From assembly GCA_963764165.1 (NCBI GenBank), contig CAVXRD010000002.1, forward strand, positions 1,664,001-1,728,000: DNA of 64,000 nucleotides. The letters run 5' to 3'. Position numbers and translations under genes: made by a program. Positions 59,308 through 64,000 of this stretch are shown here, piece by piece (positions within the stretch are counted from its first letter, which is position 1; each line of letters begins with the position of its first letter). This DNA is from an uncultured Verrucomicrobiae bacterium (lineage in GTDB: Bacteria; Verrucomicrobiota; Verrucomicrobiia; Limisphaerales; Palsa-1400). The notes under the pieces are model-generated. The model was given only the letters and a program-made list of their open reading frames with translations. It searched no databases and was not told the origin of the DNA.

Positions 59308-60846
59308 ATGCGCACCCTTGTCATAGGCGTCGATAGCGGCACACAATCCACCAAGGTTCTCGTCGTCAACACCCGCGACGGAGCCGTGGTCGGCGAGTCG
59401 TCGCGCGCTTACGGGCTAATCCCGAATCTTCCGCGCGGCGCGAAGGAACAGCATCCGCGCATCTGGCGCGAGGCCGCCAGCCAGGCGATCAAAGACGCGC
59501 TCAAGCAAGCCAAAGCCACCGCCGCCGAAGTTGCCGCCATCGGCGTCAGCGGCCAGCAGCATGGATTTGTCCCGCTGGATGCGGAAGGAAACGTCATCCG
59601 CCCCGCCAAACTTTGGTGCGACACCTCGACCGATTCCGAATGCAGCCTGATCACCAACAAGCTTGGCGGCGCGCGGGCTGTCATTGAGGAAACCGGCAAT
59701 GCCATCCTGCCCGGTTTCACCGCCTCGAAAATTCTGTGGCTCAAACGCAAGGAACCGAAAAATTATGCGCGCCTCGCCACCGTGCTTTTGCCGCACGACT
59801 ATTTGAATTTCTGGCTGACCGGAAATCGGGTGATGGAATTCGGTGATGCCAGCGGCACTGCTTTGCTGGACATCAAGAAACGACAATGGTCGAAAACGGT
59901 CATTCAGGCCATCGATCCGGAATTGGAGCGCGCGCTGCCAGCGGTCGGGCCAAGCGACCAGCCCGCTGGGACGCTGCAGGAATCCACCGCGCGCGAATTG
60001 GGCTTGAGCGAAAAAGTCCTCGTCAGCGCGGGCGGCGGCGACAACATGATGGGCGCCATCGGCACCGGCAATACGGTGGATGGCGTCGTGACGGCGAGCT
60101 TCGGGACCAGCGGAACCATTTACGCCTGCGCCGAACGGCCTGTCGTTGATCGCGAGGGGGAAATCGCCGGATTCTGCGATTCCACCAACCGCTGGCTCCC
60201 GTTGCTTTGCACGATGAACGTCACCGTCGCCACCGAGATGGTGCGGAATGATTTTGAAATGACGCACGACCGATTCGAAGCCGAAGCGGGCAAGGCTTCC
60301 GCAGGCTCGGATGGGCTGATGCTGCTGCCTTACCTCGAAGGTGAACGCACGCCGAACGTCCCGAACGGCACGGGCGTTTGGTTTGGCGCGAACCCGAAAA
60401 CATTCACCGCCGCCCATTTTGCGCGCGCGGCAATGGAAGGCGTGACGCTCGGGATGAATTATGGTTTGCGGCGATTGCGCCAGCTCGGCGTGAAACCGAA
60501 GCAAATCCGCGTCACCGGAGGCGGCGCGAAATCGAAATTATGGCGGCAGATCATGGCCGACATTTTCGAGGCGGAAGTGGTCACGGTCAAAGTCAGCGAA
60601 GGCGCGGCTTACGGCGCCGCGCTGCAAGCCTTCTGGTGCTGGCGGTTGAAACGCGGCGAGCGAGTCAAGATCAGCGACATCACCGGCCAGTTTGTGCGGC
60701 TTAACAAAAGCGAAACGGCGCGGCCGCGCAAAGAGGAAGCGACCATCTACCGCGAAATGCAGATTATGCAGGACGAGCTTTCGCAGGCATTGCGGCCGGT
60801 TTTCCAGCACCACCATCGCCTGCTCACGACGCGGCTGCGTAAATAG
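59308..60846 (+). CDS. xylB: Xylulokinase (FGGY kinase)
   Basis: GVDSGTQS, SGQQHG, LWCD, GDASGT, GGGDN, GTSG, GERTP, GGGAKS. Confidence 0.88.
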   Translation: MRTLVIGVDSGTQSTKVLVVNTRDGAVVGESSRAYGLIPNLPRGAKEQHPRIWREAASQAIKDALKQAKATAAEVAAIGVSGQQHGFVPLDAEGNVIRPAKLWCDTSTDSECSLITNKLGGARAVIEETGNAILPGFTASKILWLKRKEPKNYARLATVLLPHDYLNFWLTGNRVMEFGDASGTALLDIKKRQWSKTVIQAIDPELERALPAVGPSDQPAGTLQESTARELGLSEKVLVSAGGGDNMMGAIGTGNTVDGVVTASFGTSGTIYACAERPVVDREGEIAGFCDSTNRWLPLLCTMNVTVATEMVRNDFEMTHDRFEAEAGKASAGSDGLMLLPYLEGERTPNVPNGTGVWFGANPKTFTAAHFARAAMEGVTLGMNYGLRRLRQLGVKPKQIRVTGGGAKSKLWRQIMADIFEAEVVTVKVSEGAAYGAALQAFWCWRLKRGERVKISDITGQFVRLNKSETARPRKEEATIYREMQIMQDELSQALRPVFQHHHRLLTTRLRK

Positions 60847-60860
60847 CAGCCGGCGCCGTG

Positions 60861-60904
60861 ATAGGTCCTATAGGTCTTATACGGCTTATAGGTCCTATGG
60901 GACT
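60861..60904. repeat. Tandem 9-bp repeat x5
   Basis: ATAGGTCCT ATAGGTCTT ATACGGCTT ATAGGTCCT ATGGGACT. Confidence 0.85.
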
Positions 60905-62105
60905 AATGCGAATGGGCCGGCTCGCGCTTGGCCGACTTTGCGGCCTTCTCCCTGGCTGGCTTTGATTTTCCGCCGGGGTGCATGATCACTTTCGTCCAGC
61001 CGTTTTCGCGGCAGTCGAAATGCTGATACGCATCCGGCGCTTCATTGAGCGAGATTTCGTGGGAAACGATCCATGACGGCTTGGCGTAGCCGTGGTGAAT
61101 GAGATTGCACAGATACCGATTGTAGGCTTTCACATTCGCCTGTCCCGTGCCGATGGAGAGGCCCTTCTGGAAGAATTTGCCAAAGTCGAACGCGATTTTC
61201 CCCTGCTTCGCCAGCTCGTCCGACGCTCCCGGATCCTCCGGCACAAAAACACCGACCACGCCGATGCCCGCCGTGGGGCGCACGGATTCAACGAGGTTGT
61301 TCATGGTCATGTTGGGGACTTCGTGGCCGGCGGGATCGTGGCATTGGTAGCCGACGCATTCGGCGCCGCGGTCCGCGCCCTCGCCGTTCGTCAATTCGAG
61401 AATCTGCTCGATGGGCGAGCCTTTGGAATCGTCGATTGCAATTGCGCCGATCTCCTCGGCCAGGCGCAGGCGGTCAGCCTGCCTGTCAACCACAATCACC
61501 TGGCTCGCGCCCTTGATCATGGCTGAATGCGCCGCCATCAGGCCCACTGGGCCGGAACCGTAAATCACAATCGATTCGCCGGGCTTCAATCCCGCAAGTT
61601 CCGTTGCGTGCCAGCCGGTCGGGAAAATGTCCGAGAGCATGACGTAGTCGGATTGTCGATCTCCGGCATCTTCCGGGAGCTTGAGGCAATTGAAATCGCC
61701 GTAGGGCACGCGAAGATATTCGGCCTGCCCTCCGCTGTAAGGACCCATGCCGGCGTAGCCGTAAGCCGCGCCCGCCACGCCGGGATTCGTTGTCAAACAA
61801 AAACCAGTCAGCCCGCGCTCGCAATTTTTGCACGAGCCGCAACTGATGTTGAATGGCAGGCAAACGAGATCGCCCACCTTGATTTGCCGGATGGCCGGGC
61901 CGACTTCGACGACCTCGCCCAAATTTTCGTGGCCGAGAACCTTGCCGGTTTCGACATCGGTGCGGCCTTCATACATGTGCAAGTCGGAGCCGCAAATGTT
62001 GGTCGTGGTAATTTTCACGATGACATCGCTTTGCTCTTCAATTTTCGGTTCTGGAACATCTTCGATGCGGACATTGCGGGGGCCTCTGTAAACGAGTGCT
62101 TTCAT
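60903..62105 (-). CDS. Zn-dependent glutathione-independent formaldehyde dehydrogenase-like MDR
   Basis: ICGSDLH, GHE, CGSCKNC...C, LSDIFPTG, GSGPVG. Confidence 0.85.
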   Translation of the reverse strand: MKALVYRGPRNVRIEDVPEPKIEEQSDVIVKITTTNICGSDLHMYEGRTDVETGKVLGHENLGEVVEVGPAIRQIKVGDLVCLPFNISCGSCKNCERGLTGFCLTTNPGVAGAAYGYAGMGPYSGGQAEYLRVPYGDFNCLKLPEDAGDRQSDYVMLSDIFPTGWHATELAGLKPGESIVIYGSGPVGLMAAHSAMIKGASQVIVVDRQADRLRLAEEIGAIAIDDSKGSPIEQILELTNGEGADRGAECVGYQCHDPAGHEVPNMTMNNLVESVRPTAGIGVVGVFVPEDPGASDELAKQGKIAFDFGKFFQKGLSIGTGQANVKAYNRYLCNLIHHGYAKPSWIVSHEISLNEAPDAYQHFDCRENGWTKVIMHPGGKSKPAREKAAKSAKREPAHSH

Positions 62106-62426
62106 AGGTAACTCAATTGCTTTCCTTGTTCGTGGTTAAATCATCCCTCTGGGGGCCTCGAGCATTTTAGCAGGAGATATGCCGCTGCATTCACCGAGGC
62201 GCAGAGGGGATCACCTATTGCGAAACGCACAAAGCAGAACGCAATTTGCCCGCGCAAACCCCGCCGCCTCAAAGACCAAAGCGGGAAGACGGCTGGCATA
62301 TTTCAAGCTCTGGTTTTGGTAACGATCCGTTATAGCGCGGAGCGCAAAAGGAATCTTTGGCAGGCAACGCTTGGCGCAACTTTGAAAACTTTTAGCTTTC
62401 GACCGTAAACACAAACTCTACTACTT

Positions 62427-63287
62427 ATGACAACAACTCTACCTGCGCCCTCACGACAAACTCAGGTTCCTCCCGGCTCTCAGGAAAAAATGCGGCCCCG
62501 GCCCATTGACGAAGACCAGGAATATATTCCGAGCGGAAAGCTGAAAGGCAAAGTCGCCATTGTCACCGGCGCGGACAGCGGCATCGGGCGCTCGGTGGCG
62601 ATTCTCTTCGCCAAGGAAGGAGCTGATGTTTGCGTCGTTTATCTGGATGAACACCAAGACGCCAAAGAAACGGTCTGTCGCATCAAGCAGCTCGGCGGGC
62701 GCGCGATTGCGTGCGATGGAGATCTGGGCGAGCCGGATTTTTGCAAAAAGACCGTCGAACAGACCATTGAAGCGTTTGGCAAAATCGACATTCTCATCAA
62801 CAATGCGGGAACGCAGGATGAGGTTGCGGGAGTGGAGGATTTGGAGCCCGCGCACGTCGAACGCATTTTCAAAACGAACATTTTCGGCTTCTTTTATTTG
62901 ACAAAAGCGGCGCTGCCATTCTTGAACGAGGGCGCGTCGATCATCAACACGACCTCCGTTCAAGCTTACGATCCTTCGCCGCATTTGATGGATTACGCCT
63001 GCACCAAGGCAGCCATTTTGAACTTCACGCGCTCACTGGCGAAGGAACTGGCTCCGAGAAAAATTCGGGTCAACGCCGTCGCGCCCGGTCCTATATGGAC
63101 GCCGCTGATTCCGACGACGTTTTCACCGGATGATTTGCCGTCATTTGGGGAGAAGACGTTATTCAAGCGCCCTGGGCAGCCAGCGGAAGTCGCGCCGGCG
63201 TATTTGTTTTTAGCCACCAACGGCGATTCGTCCTTTGTCACCGGCCAGGTTCTTCACATCAACGGGGGACAATCGATGGTGAGCTGA
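62427..63287 (+). CDS. Short-chain dehydrogenase (general-stress YdaD/YghA-like)
   Basis: TGADSGIG, NNAG, YACTK, NAVAPGPIWTP. Confidence 0.9.
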   Translation: MTTTLPAPSRQTQVPPGSQEKMRPRPIDEDQEYIPSGKLKGKVAIVTGADSGIGRSVAILFAKEGADVCVVYLDEHQDAKETVCRIKQLGGRAIACDGDLGEPDFCKKTVEQTIEAFGKIDILINNAGTQDEVAGVEDLEPAHVERIFKTNIFGFFYLTKAALPFLNEGASIINTTSVQAYDPSPHLMDYACTKAAILNFTRSLAKELAPRKIRVNAVAPGPIWTPLIPTTFSPDDLPSFGEKTLFKRPGQPAEVAPAYLFLATNGDSSFVTGQVLHINGGQSMVS

Positions 63288-63299
63288 CATCTCTGAGAG

Positions 63300-63426
63300 A
63301 GGGACGCCTCGCCGAGGCGTCCGGGTTGTGGCGTTGCTATGCGCAGACCGTGGAATTTTTATCCCGCGCAACCGGACGCCTCCGCCCACCTTCGCGAAGC
63401 TTCGGCGCGGTAAACGAGGCGTCCCT
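63300..63426. repeat. REP pair whose right arm is interrupted by a 32-nt palindromic insert
   Basis: Left arm 63300-63324; right arm 63372-63382 plus 63415-63426; insert 63383-63414. Confidence 0.75.
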
Positions 63427-63454
63427 GCCTTCCACGAGCCTGCGCTCGTGGAAA

Positions 63455-64000
63455 TTATGCGTCTGTTCCAGCAGTCAAGGCTTTCAATTTTTTCTGCGCC
63501 GTGCCCGAATCGATCACCTCCGCCGCCACATCCCAACCTTCCGAAAGGCTGCGGCACTTCTCCGCCACGAACAGCGCGGCGGCGGCGTTGAAGAGAACGG
63601 CGTCGCGTTTAGGGCCGCGATCTTCTCCGCTCAAAATGCGCCGCACGATCTCCGCGTTCTGTTCGCGAGAGCCGCCGGCCAGATCGGCGAGAGTGGCGGG
63701 TTGCATGGGAAAATTCAGAGTTTGCAAAACCGAGGAAGTTAATCCGCGAGGCTGATAAAATTCCGCCACTGTCGTTTCGCCAAGGGTCGAAAGCTCATCA
63801 AGCCAGCCGCCGGGGACTTGCCCGCATACGACCATCGCGCGACGCGAGCCGAGCGTTTGCAAGACGCCCGCCAGCGGCAGGCAGAGATCGGGCCGCGGCA
63901 CGCCGGCCAATTGCAGGGCGGGGCGCGCCGGATTGAGCAGAGGGCCGAGGTAATTGAAAATCGTTTTCTGCCCGCGTTCGCCGCAAAATTTCCGCGCCGG
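63455..64000 (-). CDS. trpD: Anthranilate phosphoribosyltransferase (5'-truncated by window edge)
   Basis: Frame open from 64000: KTIFNYLGPLLNPA, GWLDELS, LAGG, VLFNAAAAL. Confidence 0.9.
   Translation of the reverse strand, partial: PARKFCGERGQKTIFNYLGPLLNPARPALQLAGVPRPDLCLPLAGVLQTLGSRRAMVVCGQVPGGWLDELSTLGETTVAEFYQPRGLTSSVLQTLNFPMQPATLADLAGGSREQNAEIVRRILSGEDRGPKRDAVLFNAAAALFVAEKCRSLSEGWDVAAEVIDSGTAQKKLKALTAGTDA

Overview
A GC-rich bacterial chromosomal segment. Gene content (several secreted DWPxxRGP-type PQQ-like beta-propellers, an MSEFKF-type Zn-ribbon protein, short intergenic palindromes) suggests a soil or sediment Verrucomicrobia/PVC organism; this taxonomy is inference only. About 55 CDSs are supported. 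Housekeeping genes: partial guaB3-like, rlmI-like, pta, hisC, argA, mnmA, PIN-PhoH, partial trpD. Catabolic loci: a hydroxyproline operon with PepP, two GH51 enzymes, a sulfatase, DeoC, an epimerase and XylB. Also present: three tandem CNNM/CBS genes, a two-component system and three small toxin-antitoxin islets. No tRNA, rRNA, CRISPR array or transposase was recognised. The most notable feature is a MarR-linked operon at 26.4-33.6 kb encoding two secreted beta-propellers, a DUF3311-like/SSS importer and an EhpF/GriC-type carboxylate-adenylating enzyme. Its apparent partners, an EhpG/GriD-type acyl reductase and an Fe-alcohol dehydrogenase, lie about 17 kb away at 50.2-52.8 kb, and no phenazine or grixazone biosynthesis genes are in the window. 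This suggests an undescribed uptake-and-reduction system for an exogenous (hetero)aromatic carboxylate. The intergenic DNA is rich in REP/MITE-like palindromes, several nested inside one another and one apparently translated in-frame inside a GH51 N-terminus. Family assignments come from motif recognition by eye, not database searches.
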